Origin: Octopus sinensis
Taxonomy: Eukaryota
Direction of reading: 5' to 3'
Length of the DNA stretch: 64,000 nt
Assembly (NCBI RefSeq): GCF_006345805.1
Contig: NC_043013.1
Location: forward strand, 44,206,001-44,270,000
Below the pieces are notes generated by a model, which searched no databases, was not told where the DNA came from, and saw nothing but the letters and a program-made list of their open reading frames with translations. Below are positions 49,252 to 61,685 of the stretch, piece by piece. The translations under genes and the position numbers were made by a program. Position 1 is the first letter of the stretch. Each line of letters begins with the position of its first letter.

Positions 49252-49840
49252 AATGATGATTGGAGTGGTGGTGGGGTGTGATGACGATGATGATGATGGT
49301 GATGATTGTAGTGGTGGTGGGGTGTGATGATGATGATGGTGGTGATTGGAGTGATGGTGGGGTGTGATGACGATGATGATGGTGATTGTAATGGTGATAG
49401 GGTGTGATGATGATGATGGTGATGATGATGATTGTAGTGGTGGTGGGGTGTGATGATGATGATGATGATTGGAGTGGTGGTGGGGTGTGGTGATGATGAT
49501 TGGAGTGGTGGTGGGGTGTGGTGATGATGATGGTGATTGTAGTGGTGGTGGGGTGTGATGATGATGATGATTGTAGTGGTGGTGGGGTGTGATGATGATG
49601 ATGATGATGATTGTAGTGGTGGTGTGATGACGATGATGATAATTGGAGTGGTGGTGGGGTGTGATGATGATGATGATGATGGTGATTGTGGTGGTGGTGG
49701 GGTGTGATGATGATGATGATGGTGATTGTAATGGTGGTGTGATGACGATGATGATGATTGGAGTGGTGGTGGGGTGTAGTGATGACGATGATGATGATTG
49801 TGGTGGTGGTGGGGGTGTGGCGATGAAAATGATGATGATT
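49252..49840 (+). repeat. G-rich minisatellite of (GAT)n-TG(G/T)AGT-GGTGGTGGGGTGT units
   Basis: Roughly 15-20 variable-length units built from GAT and GGT triplets. Confidence 0.92.
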
Positions 49841-50276
49841 GATAATTTAGTGGTATTTGCTTGTTATTTCAGTCTTCTAAGACTCTTTAATTTACACTTG
49901 GGGTTTTCATGAAGCAACAACTTTATACATGTTCAAAGAGCGAATGTTGAAATCATTGGGAGTTGACGGCGTAAGACGGGGAAACAATCTTTCCTTAGAA
50001 AGCAGTGATTGTGTATATGATTGTATGAGCATGTGTGTGTGAGTGTGTTTGTGTGTGTGTGTGTAAGAAAAATAAGAAATAGGTTAGATGTTATATGCAT
50101 ATATGCATTCATATAGATGTACGCATATACATATGTATATATACACACACACACACACACACATATAGTTAGTTTGTAAGTGTGATTACGTACACAGTAA
50201 TACTATGACAAAGTAAAAGAGAACTCAGTACTTTAGCTAATGTAAATAAATAAATATGTATGTGTTTGGATATGAC

Positions 50277-50320
<44 letters not shown>

Positions 50321-51087
50321 CAGTGTCAGGTTTATAGTTCTTTAAATTCAACGTATAAAGAAGGGGTTGATTTCTAAGGCACACAGTCCCAATATTGAAA
50401 CATATACATCAACAACTGTATAGAATTTAATTTTGGAAATGTTTTGCCTATTTTCACTGTTCTGCTTACAGATTGAATTAGCTGAATGCGTGTCAGATGG
50501 CCGGTTTGAAAACCTGAAAATAGCATCTTTTCAAGATTATTATTTAAATATTTAGTAACTTAACCAAGTGAACCATATGCCAATGATAACATCTACAGTT
50601 GTGATGAGGCAGTGAGTGATCCTGTATTTTAGTTTTTGTAATGGTTATTTCTCATGGTCAGGGTTGTGCCCATAGCCTATACAGCCATCACCACCGCCAC
50701 TTCTACTAGGCCAATAACATGAGAGCAGTTTGATGTTTCTCTTGTGAAGTTGCATGGCTCCTTGCAGGGAAAGTATAGGCAGGGAGAGAATACTTAAGGA
50801 TTGATGTTCTGGGAAGGAATGGCCATTGTAGTTTGTGTAGGGGGAGGTGAACAGAATGTAGACAATGAGTGGAAGTGAGACAAATGAGTTAGCAGTGCCT
50901 GGGTGGAGAGATACGAAGAGTGAGTCCGAAGAGTGAGTCCACTGTTTTAGTAGTTGAAAGGACAAATTAAAGAGACACATCTATGGGTCAGAAGCTGGAG
51001 GGTGTTGGCAATCTGTGGAGTGACATTTTTTTTTTTTTTCCTTTTGAAAGCAGACTAAGATGTCTGGTTGTTCCACTGTTACTAATA

Positions 51088-51319
51088 TATTTCTTTACTG
51101 CCCAGAAGGGGCTAAACATAGAGGGGACAAACAAGGACAGACAAAGGGATAGAGTCGATTATATCACCCCCAGTGCGAAACTGGTACTTTATTTATCGAC
51201 CCCGAAAGGATGAAAGGCAAAGTTGACCTCGATGGAATTTGAACTCAGAACGTAACGGCAGACGAAATGCGGCTAAGCATTTCGCCCAGCGCGCTAACAT
51301 GTCTGCCAGATCGCCACCT
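51088..51319 (-). mobile_element. SINE-B monomer with a 10-12-bp TSD
   Basis: (ct)gttactaata at 51076-51087 and 51318-51329. Confidence 0.92.
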
Positions 51320-51843
51320 GTTACTAATAGCAGATATATCTTGCCTTAAAAAGGAAAGACACATTGTATAACATGGTCCTTGATAGGCAATGCCTGTCCA
51401 ATAGAAGAATGAAACACTTGTAGCAGGTACTTATTTTGATTATACATCCACCCAGTCCAGAGTTGAACTGGTCCTAAAAAACAACAAATATGAAAATATA
51501 ATTCATGTAGAGATGTTGTAGGCTTCTGCAAATGTTCTCTTTCTAACTAATTTTTAATAAAAAGTTCTCATTTAAGAGGCTGCTGCCAATCGCAGCAGTA
51601 AATGATATTTATTTTTTTAGCACTGACAACTCTGTTGATCCTTTTGTTGTTACTGTGCTGCTCTAGATCAAACCTGATCAAGTTCTGTGACATCCAGTTA
51701 GCTACCTGTATGATGGTGTGTGGCCTCAGATCCATCTTCCCAAATTACATCTGGTCTCCACTTAACTCAGGACGCACTACACTTTCTGTCAGGCACATGA
51801 GGTGCTGTTCGACAGTCTGGACATATTGCACAAGACAGTTTAA

Positions 51844-52064
51844 CCCTTTAGTATTCGCATTATTCTGCCAAAATTAATGCTTCTTTATCCACATTGTTTC
51901 GAACTAATCATGCATTATCTTTTAGCTACGAGATTTTGATGAGGTCGCTCTTAATTTTTAAAATGATATTGTAGGGTTGGTGTGAGAGACCAGATCTGGC
52001 AAGTTTGAACATAAAACAAGCAGAATACTTTTGGCTGGATATGGCCGGTTTAAATGCTAAAGGG
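51844..52064 (+). mobile_element. piggyBac-type MITE family P2, with a paralogous empty site
   Basis: caagacagt-TTAA-[MITE]-TTAA-ggcacagaagg here, versus caagacagt-TTAA-ggcacagaagg at 54821-54845. Confidence 0.93.
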
Positions 52065-52559
52065 TTAAGGCACAGAAGGAGTTGTGTGGTTAAGAAGCTT
52101 GCTTCCCAAACATGTGGTCTTGGGTTCAACCCCACCATGTGGCACCTTGGACAAATGTCTTCTACTATATCTACAGTCTGACCAAATCTTTGTGAGTAGA
52201 TCTAGTGATGGAAACTGAAAGAAACCTGTCACACACACACACATAGAGAGAACTACAATAGGCTTCTTTGAGTTTCCATCTACCAAATCCACTCACACAG
52301 ATTTGGTCTTCCAACAGCCAAGTCTGTTTCTATACATCTATAGATTCTAATGGTAACTGCAGCAGAGGTGAACAAAGATGTACTCAAAGCACCATGTTAT
52401 TATTTACTTATTGTTAGTGGTAAACGTCCCATCAGTGTTTGAAGTTATTGATGTTGAGCAGTGAGGTTATTTATGTATCTGTATGTATGTGCTTTCTTTT
52501 CTATGCTTGCCTGGACTTAAATTGTATTTTAGGATATTTTAGTATGGCAGTGGTGGGTG

Positions 52560-52597
<38 letters not shown>

Positions 52598-52600
<3 letters not shown>

Positions 52601-52826
52601 TCTTTATTGCCCACAAGGGGCTAAACATAGAGGGGACAAACAAGGACAGACAAATGGATTAAGTCGATTACATCGACCCCAGTGCGTAACTGGTACTTAA
52701 TTTATCGACCCCGAAAGGATGAAAGGCAAAGTCGACCTCAGCGGAATTTGAACTCAGAACGCAACGACAGACGCAATACCGCTAAGCATTTCGCCCGGTG
52801 TGCAAACGTTTCTGCCAGCTCGCCGC
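52598..52826 (-). mobile_element. SINE-B monomer within (TA)n
   Basis: Near-consensus match. Confidence 0.92.
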
Positions 52827-52865
<39 letters not shown>

Positions 52866-53629
52866 ATCTGGATGTTCTAAGGAATGGAAGGGAGTATGGG
52901 AATTATTGCTCCACAGCAAATTGTACCCTGCAAATGTTTTGGCAGAGTGTTCGTTTTAAGTGTTTTTGTTTTATCATAATGCACAAAGTATTGTTTTGTA
53001 TTCTTTGTAGTTTATTATAGTTTCTTAGGGAGAGATTAGAAACCTAAGCAGGGTTGGTTTAGTCAATAATGGATCTAATGTATTGTTTTTACACTATTCT
53101 TGTTTTTTTTTAATGCCTATTATGTTATGGCTGTGATTTCTCTAAGAATGCAGGTATGTCATTATGCATTCTTTACTCTGTTTTCTATGTGTGTAGATGG
53201 CACAAATCTAGCCAGTCTCAAAGAGTGGAGTCCACTAGTGTAGCAGTAGAAAGCACAGTATGATGAAATATCACATACATGGGTCAGAAGCTAGTGTATG
53301 AGTGACCGTTTTTGAATGCAGTCTTCAGTATCTGGTTACCCTACTATAACAAATAACAGAGAAATCTTGTCTTGAAAAGGAAAAGACATCTTGTATGACA
53401 TCATCTGAAGTATGCAATGCCTGCCCAATAGAAAAATGAGACAGATGTGGTTGGTACTCATTATGATTATACGTATATCCACTCTGGGGCTGAACTGGTG
53501 CTAAAAAGCATCAATAACTACACATTTGATTATATAAAAGAGGTGAAATAGAGAGAGATAGACAGACTTTTGATGCGAATGTTTTCAGTTTGGAAAATTA
53601 TTTATTTATTTTAAACTAGCTATTAAATC

Positions 53630-54340
53630 TGAGTATTTCTTTTGGCCAAATTCCATCCCTTATCAGCTGAATATGTTATTAAATCTAGTTGTTTTTTCTG
53701 CACTGTAAATATTTCCAGTGTAGATCTTTAAATAATAGACCAAAAAAAAAAAATTATGAATTACATTGGGATTTCTTGATATTGTAGACTCCTAACATTG
53801 AGTTTTGTAAAAGAAATATCAGTCAGTTTGGTGCCAAAATAAACAGAGGAAGAAAGAATGATTGTCTTCTTGGAAAAATTCCTTTTGAAAATTTATCGCT
53901 GCGCTCTCACTTACAACAATGAGCATTGGTGATGAAGTTTTTGTGAGCATTTCAATGGCAGCAGGTACTTTTGCCAAATGCAATGATTTCAGCAACCAAG
54001 ACTAAATAGATTCCATTGCCCTTTTGAAGTGAAGCCAAATGGTTATATTACCTCTATATTTGTTTTTACTTCAGACAGCACCGTTTCATGAATTAAAAGT
54101 TGTTCAACAGATCTTAATGCCCCTTTTTGTCCAACTGCTTGCTCAAGTGCCTTGATCATCATCAATAATTAAATCATATAATTGCATTGGATATAATAAC
54201 ACACTCACCGCATATCCCATCCCATCTTCTCCCATTTTCAGTATCCTAAGTTCATATGCAGTTTTCAGGGGCTTGGCCATGGTTTTTTTTATTGGGGGAC
54301 AATCACTGTTGTTTCTTTTTCATCCACCCTTGGGTTGGTT
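53630..54340 (-). pseudogene. Non-LTR retrotransposon reverse transcriptase relic, R4/Dong-like
   Basis: Minus strand gives GQKGALRSVEQLLIHETVLSEVK, IWLHFKRAMESI*SWLLKSLHLAKVP, GIFQED..LFILAPN, YYLKIY (decayed DDLK.Y) and SADKGMEFGQKK, in the expected RT order. Confidence 0.85.
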
Positions 54341-54404
54341 CTCAGGTGTTACTTCGGTTAGCAAGAAACTCATAAGAAAAGAATTAAAGGAACTATTTTA
54401 CCCT

Positions 54405-54622
54405 CAAGTATTTAAACAGTCCATATCTGGCCTAAATATTCTACCTGTTTTATGTTTAAAGTGGCCAGATTTGGCCTCTCACATCTACCCTACAATGTCA
54501 TTCTGAAAATTAACAGTTACCTCATCAAAGTCTCAAAGCTTTGAGATAATGCAGGATTAAGTCAAAACCTGTAAATAAATAAGAATTATTTTTGACAGAA
54601 TAATGTGAACACTAAATGGTTT
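54405..54622 (-). mobile_element. piggyBac-type MITE family P2, degenerate
   Basis: Internal match ccatatctggcctaaatattctacctgttttatgtt...cactaaatggttta. Confidence 0.75.
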
Positions 54623-54974
54623 AGAAAATTCACATGAAATTTATAATGTTTAAGCAAGCAATTATATTACCATTGTCTAACTTTAGCAGAGTTCGCTCTG
54701 TTGTAAACATTCAGGCCTAGTCCTTTGTTTGAGGATAACTTCTTCCCTTTCAGCTAGCAGTCTTAGAAGTCCTGCAAATATCGCAGGAGCATCCCTCCTT
54801 CCACTGAATAAGCCTTGAAACAAGACAGTTTAAGGCACAGAAGGAGTTGAGTGGTTAAGAAGCTTGCTTCTCAAACATGTGGTCTTGGGTTCAACCCCAC
54901 TGTGTGGCACCTTGGACAAGTGTCTTCTACTATAGCTCCTGGCTGACCAAGTCTTTGTGAGTAGATCTAGTGAT

Positions 54975-55439
54975 CATCATCATCATCATCATCATCATTT
55001 AGCGTCCGTTCTCCATGCTAGCATGGGTTGGACGGTTCAACTGGGGTCTGTGAAGCTGGAAGGCTTCATCAGGCCCAGTCAGATCTGGCAGTGTTTCTAC
55101 GGCTGGATGCCCTTCCTAACGCCAACCACTCCGTGAGTGTAGTGGATGCTTTTTACGTGCCACCGGCACAGGTGCCAGACAGAGTAGGCAAACGGCCACG
55201 AACGGATGGTGCTTTTACGTGTCACCGGCACGGGGCCAGGCGAGGCTGGCAACGGACACGAACGGATGGTGCTTTTACGTGCCACCAACACGGGGGCCAG
55301 ACAGAGCTGGCAAACGGCCACGAAACGGATGGTGCTTTTACGTGTCACTGGCACGGGGGCCAGGCGAGGCTGGCAACGGACACGAACGGATGGTGCTTTT
55401 ACATGCCACCGACACGGGGGCCAGACAGGGCTGGCAAAC
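54975..55439 (-). mobile_element. Family D RTE-type 3' end with a five-unit minisatellite, inserted in a duplicated SINE-A
   Basis: The paralogue at 52200-52220 reads tctagtgat|ggaaactg with no insert. Units start at 55146, 55209, 55269, 55332 and 55393. Confidence 0.9.
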
Positions 55440-56158
55440 GGAAACTGAAACCTATCACACACACGCACACACACACACACACATAGAGAGAGAGCTACAA
55501 TAGGCTTCTTTGAGTTTCCATCTACCAAATCCACTCACACAGCTTTGGAGGAGGAGGTTGAGGAGGAGGAGGAGGAAGAGGAGTAATCTTCTGAAATAAT
55601 AAACATCAACATTTCATACTCTTCCTGGTACCTTTTCCATAACACAGACTTCCAACAAATTAATGAATACTACAGTGATGATGAAATACATTTTATAAAC
55701 AGTTTAAAAGTGGTAATAAATTGATTTTCTCACAGCAAAAAAGATTTATTCTACTTTTGAATTGTTTATATTCAATAATTGCCAATGCAGACGATCAGTA
55801 CTTTCCTCAGCTCCTACTGTTTACTTTAGAATATATTTTACTGTTACAGTTAGAACTGTATATTTATTTCTGAATGAATTCAACCAGATTTTTCAGACCT
55901 GAAGAAAACTGATTTATTTCCAGAGAATGTGTTTCTTTCCTGTTTTCTCCATCCTCCCCCATATTCTTTGATATACAGTTTGTGCTTTGTGGTAATACAC
56001 ACACACGGCTGTTTTGTAGTATGTCTGCTTCCCAACAACATGGTTTCAGGTTCAGTCCCACTACTTAGCACCTTGAGCAACTGTCTTCTACTGCAACCCC
56101 AGGTCAACCAAAGCCTTGTGGGTAGATCTGGTAGATGGAAACTGAAAGAAGAAACCTG

Positions 56159-56207
<49 letters not shown>

Positions 56208-56589
56208 TCCTTGTCTTGACATTGTATGATAGTTGTAAATAAATATCATTCATTTCCAGTAATTCTGCAAAAATATATCTGGTCTTAGGAAAATATTGCC
56301 TTGGAAACAGGTAAGGTTTGGCAACAAGGTGGGCATCCAACCATAGAAAAAAAATTGCTTCATTAAACCCTGTCCCGCCCATGCAAGCCTAGAAATGTAA
56401 ATGTTAAAATAATGATGATCATTTTAGACACACACACACACTGTTTGCATCCAAGTTTTTAGAACAGGTACGTTGTATCCTTGTGAGACATAAGAGGCGA
56501 GTAAAATGTGAGTAAGAGGTGGATCAGGAAAGGTTTCCTGCCTTGAAATGCTGTTTTAAAATGTCTATCCAGGCTATGCAAACATGGAG

Positions 56590-57053
56590 GAGTCATCATC
56601 ATTTAACATCTGCTTTCCATGCACGGATAGTTTGACATGGAGCAGGCCAGCTGAGAACTGTCCAGACTTCAATTGTCTGTTGTGGCATGGTTTCTACAGC
56701 TGAATGCTCTTCCTAATGTCAACCACTTAATAGAGTGTGCTGGGTGCTTTTTCACGTGCCACTGGCACAGGTGCGTTTATGCAGCCCCAGCATGGGCACA
56801 TTTTATGTAGCACCAGTACCCGAAGGGACAAGCCTGTATGTGTGGAAGACAGTGGTTTTACTGAGCTTGATGCGCTTACCACTTCGCTCCACCTCTTCCT
56901 GGGTCTGTGTCTTCCACAGGTACCCTCCAAAATTAGAACTTCACACTTCTTTATGCAGATGTCCTCATCCATACACATCACATGACCAAACCAGCACAGT
57001 CTCCTCTCTTGCACGCAATGTCTGATGCCTTTTATACCTAGTTTTTCTCTCAA
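56590..57053 (-). pseudogene. RTE-clade LINE 3' end: ORF C-terminus joined to family-D sequence
   Basis: LREKLGIKGIRHCVQERRLCWFGHVMCMDED..IKKC..L.LEGTCGRHRPRKRWSEVV is the typical RTE C-terminus (RRLRW.GHV.RM...GRPR..W). Confidence 0.88.
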
Positions 57054-57502
57054 ATTATTTCCACTCAGTCATGCATACACAGGAGTAGATATAAAAGTAA
57101 AATTTGATAGACAAACTTTGTGAAAGACAGTCAGAGGGACCATTTTAGTTCTCAGGTGATAGACTTAACTGGGTACTTTGTTTAACACCACCACATGGCT
57201 CTTGGGTACCTTACGAATAGTCTACTCTGTTGCAAGTGTTAAACATTAGATCTCACTTCTGAGGATAATTTCAGCCCTTTCTCTCTCAAGTTTCTGAGAC
57301 ACTGAAAACATAAATTCTAACAACAAAATCTTGTATGCCTTTCCCTCAGAATCATTGGCTTACAGGATAAATCTAGAGCTTCACTTCCAAAACAGAATGG
57401 AAATTTTAGTGCTAATTAGTACCAGCAAAGACTTCTTTGTGTGCAAATAAGCATACAAATATAACATATTAGGCTTGATCTTTATCAACAACATTCACTT
57501 AA

Positions 57503-57724
57503 CCCTTTCGTTACCGTATCTCTGTTGAGATGCTCTGTGTTTCTTTCAATTAATTTTAAATATAAGAAAGAATTTAGTAAAATAACTTAGTCATCATTAA
57601 GCTAGTGTTAGGAACATAAATTGTGACTAAGGTTTGGTGGAAAATTTTAATTTAAAACTTATGAAAACAAGACATTTGTACTAGAGAGCCAGAGCTGGTT
57701 TCAGCCAGATTGGTAACAAAAGGG
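57503..57724 (+). mobile_element. piggyBac-type MITE family P1, complete
   Basis: TTAA-ccctttcgttacc...ggtaacaaaaggg-TTAA. Confidence 0.93.
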
Positions 57725-58300
57725 TTAATATAGTACTGTTTGAAAAATCTTTTCTTTATCAGCTCCTAAAATTATAGAGCTTTCAATGTCTAAATACTAG
57801 GGAAAGTTTCATAATTTGAAACTATATCCACCTATCACAAAAAAGAAAAGAGAAACAAAATTAAAAATCAGAAATTGCTTTTGTCCCTGTGAAGTGGTTA
57901 AACTGTGAGAAATAGATGTGTTGGTAAAACTTAGCCAAGAGAAGAAACTGTCACGTACAGAACTCCTAATGAATATAACAAATGCTGTATATTTGTTTGA
58001 ATAATTAAAAACTGCCAGTCACATGGTATGTATGAGTTTTATGTGGACTTATCCATTAAAAAATGTTTTAAAATATATATTGTGATTAAAATAAACGTAA
58101 ATGGGGACACACAATTGATTCTATCACTACAGGATCATGGTTGATGTTGTTACCCCTTCTCATACATTCTATTGTTGGTTGTGCTTCTACTATGGCAAGA
58201 CAGAAATTTACAGTTTACAGCTATTTGATCCTTGTTCCTATACCAGTGCTTATGAAATAAGCAAATTACAAAACTTGTCAGAAACAAAATTTCTATATTC

Positions 58301-58718
58301 TAAGGCAGTAAGTTGGCAGAAACATTAGCATGCTGGGCAAAATGCTTAGCGGTATTTCGTCTGCCGTTATGTTCTGAGTTCAAATTCCGCCGAGGTCGAC
58401 TTTGCTTTTCATCCTTTCAGGGTCGATTAAATAAGTACCAGTTACGCACTGGGGTCGATATAATCGACTTAATCCGTTTGTCTGTCCTTGTTTGTCCTCT
58501 CTGTGTTTAGCCCCTTGTGGGTAGTAAAGAAATAGGTATTTCATCTGCCGCTACATTTTGAGTTCAAATTCCACTGAAGTCGACTTTGCCTTTCATCCTT
58601 TCAGGGTTGATAAATTAAGTACCAGTTACGCACAGGGATCGATGTAATTGGCTTAATCCCTTTGTCTGTCCTTGTTTGTCCTCTCTGTGTTTAGCCCCTT
58701 GTTGGCAATAAAGAAATA
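58301..58718 (+). mobile_element. SINE-B dimer with a 21-bp TSD
   Basis: agaaacaaaatttctatattc at 58280-58300 and 58719-58739. Junction aaatag|gtatttc at 58535/36. Confidence 0.93.
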
Positions 58719-59983
58719 AGAAACAAAATTTCTATATTCAGAAATATAAAAGGGAACTCATACTCTTATACTCCTCTTAGACAAGTATTTATTAGAGACA
58801 AGAGCTTTCAGGAAATACTTGAGGGTCTTGCTCTGAATCTTGATGTAAGATGCAGATGAGGCTGTGTGGTTAAGAAGCTTGATTACTAACCATGTGGTCT
58901 TGGATTTAGTTCCACTGCATAGTACCATGAGCAGGTGTCTTCTACTACAGCTCCTGGCCAACCAAAGCAATGTGAGTAAATTTGTTAGACGGAAACTGAA
59001 AGAAACCCATTGTATATATGTGTGTGTGGATGGATGGATGGATAGACAGATAGATATTCATACACACATACATTTATATATGTCTGTATGTTTCCTTGTT
59101 TTGACAACACACAATGATTGTAAACAAGTATTGTGTCCAGTTCATGAAAAATATATCTAGCATTGAAACAGGCAAAGGGTTGGCAACAGCAAATTCTGTC
59201 CGACCCACGCAAGAATGGAAAAGTGGGCATTAAAATGATGATGATGAAGAAGAAAAAATAAATCTGAAGAATGTGAGGTGCTGTACCAGATCCCCAAATT
59301 TCCTTGTTCACGTCCTCACATTGGGACTTTATGTAAACCATAATAATTTGGCACTTAAAAGCCTTAAATTATATAACTGCCTTCTGAAAGGCTAAGAAAC
59401 TTAACCAATGTGTCCTCTGGGACTTCTAAATGAACGCTTTGTAGATATACTACTTTCCAGTATCCCAGACCAACCATCTGGAAAATGTTATAACCAGGAT
59501 AAAGCAACCTCCACCAACTCATTGATCCTCCAATTAGTGGTATTAGTCAAAGACAGAAAGCAACAAAAATTAGTCCCAAAGCGCATAACATAGTGGTGCT
59601 ACAGCTAGGCTTAAGCAGTGATGGCTGAAATAGATATATATATATATGAGTGTACGTATGTATGTACATGTCTCCATGTATGTATGTATAAGTGTGTATG
59701 TGTGTGTATTTGTATATGAAATATTTCTCAAGTGTGATATAATTCTACTTTCATGCAAAGTTTATAAGACGGCATAATAAGCTTAGTGTAAGTCCAGGGC
59801 AATATTATATACATAATATAATATAATGTAAACAGAATAATGAGTGAAAATGATCAAATCAGATTTAAGGGCTTCTGTGAATGAGAATCCGGTAAAATCA
59901 GTTCTGTTTATACGACAAAAATGTCAGTAAATTAATTATTTGAGTTGCTGATTTAACTCTTTCCGAATAGATACAATGTTTCT

Positions 59984-60204
59984 TTAACATTTTAGCATTT
60001 AAATTCCTCTGCCAAACTTAAAGTTTATTTATTCACATTGTTTTGAATTAATCATACATTATCTTGTAGCTTCAAGATTATGATGCGATTATTTCTGTAA
60101 TGATATTGTAGGGTGGGTGTGAGAGGCCAGATCTGGTCGGTTTGAGCATAAAACAGGTAGAATATTTGGACAAGATATGGTCAGTTTAAATGCCAAAAAG
60201 TTAA
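59984..60204 (+). mobile_element. piggyBac-type MITE family P2, degenerate
   Basis: Internal match to 51844-52064, with eroded ends. Confidence 0.75.
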
Positions 60205-60239
60205 TAATTTGTGTAGGAATACAATTTTCAATCTTTTTT

Positions 60240-60636
60240 TACTCTCTCTGTTTTTACTTGTTTCAGTCATTTGACTGTGGCCATGCTGGAGCACCACCTT
60301 TAGTCAAGCAAATCAACCCCAGGACATATTCTTTGTAAGCCTAGTACTTATTCTATCGGTCTCTTTTGCTGAACCGCTAAGTTACGGGGACGTAAACACA
60401 CCAGAATCAGTTGTCAAGCGATGTTGAGAGACAAACGCAGACACACAAACACACACATATATATATACATATATACGACGGGCTTCTTTCAGTTTCCGTT
60501 TACCAAATCTACTCACAAGGCTTTGGTTGACCTAAGGCTATAGTAGAAGACACTTGCCCAAGGTGCCACGCAGTGGGACTGAACCCGGAACCATGTGGTT
60601 GGTAAGCAAGCTACTTACCACACAGCCACTCCTGCA
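60240..60636 (-). mobile_element. SINE-A full copy
   Basis: Near-consensus match. Confidence 0.92.
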
Positions 60637-60721
60637 CCATTTCCTATTAAATTCACTTCAGTTTTATTCCAGTAGTACTTTAATCTCAACAAGAAAGTCT
60701 TACATATATGTCTGTGTTTAT

Positions 60722-61685
60722 TACCGCCACCTTAGCGAGGACAGAGGTATTGTTTTCAGTTGTGTTTGTTAGTTTGTTTGTCCATGGACAAGATATCTCC
60801 AGAACCACTGGATAGATTTGGATGAAACTTTCAGGTATGTCTGGCCTCATGACTGGCACGAACTAATTAGATTTTGGGATCGATCCAATACTGGACAAGG
60901 ATTCTAGATTATTTATTATATTTACTTTACATGATTACGATTTTAGGTTCATTTTCAAGTCTTTCCCAATTATCCGCCTTTAGGCCGTTTCCAAAGTTTT
61001 ACTTTCGTTTCTCTATTACTAATTTATTACTGTTACTCTTTTACTTGTTTCAGTCATTTGACTGTGGCCATGCTGGAACACCGCCTTTAGTCGAGCAAAT
61101 CGACCCCTGGATATTCTTTGTAAGCCTAGTACTTATTCTATTGGTCTCTTTTGCCGAACCGCTAAGTTACGGGGACGTAAGCACACTAGCATCGGTTGTC
61201 AAGTGATGTTGGAGGGACAGACACAGACACACAAGCATATATACACACATACATATATATACGACGGGCTTCTTTCAGTTTCCGTCTACCAAATCCACTC
61301 ACAAGGCTTTGGTCGGCCCGAGGCTATAGTAGAAGACACTTGCCCAAAGTGCCACGCAGTGGGACTGAACCCAGAACCATGTGGTAGGTAAGCAAGCTAC
61401 TTACCACACAGCCACTCCTGCACCTAAATTTTTTACAGCCACCTTCACTTTCCATGACTACCAATGGGATCAATCAGGTACCAGACAAGAATTCTGAATT
61501 ATTTTTCCGGTTTTTGTTTTTCTACTTAATTTTCAAGAGGGGTCAGGTTCATTTTTAGTATTCCCGTTTGTGAGAGCAGTTGAGTTTATTTCAGATATTC
61601 TCATTTTAAAAATCATCTCTGACCAATCATTGAGAGGATGTTGGTGTTGCCTTGGTGGGTGTTTGTGCTCTCTGAGGGCTCGTTA
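60722..61685 (+). mobile_element. Helentron/DINE-like element(s), same family as 31926-32705, interrupted by SINE-A
   Basis: 5' part 60722-60950 and 3' part 61450-61685 align to the copy at 31926. Confidence 0.75.
61033..61425 (-). mobile_element. SINE-A full copy
   Basis: Near-consensus match. Confidence 0.92.

Noticed and set aside
50760-50930. Minus-strand TNYNGHSFPE, faintly like the CR1-group RYYNGHCSSE motif
   Set aside because: Too short and degenerate to support a call without an alignment search.
58133-58307. Open segment with an acceptor and a GTAAGT donor
   Set aside because: The donor was created by mutations in the SINE-B head, the pre-insertion frame stops just after the TSD, and the peptide is unrecognisable.
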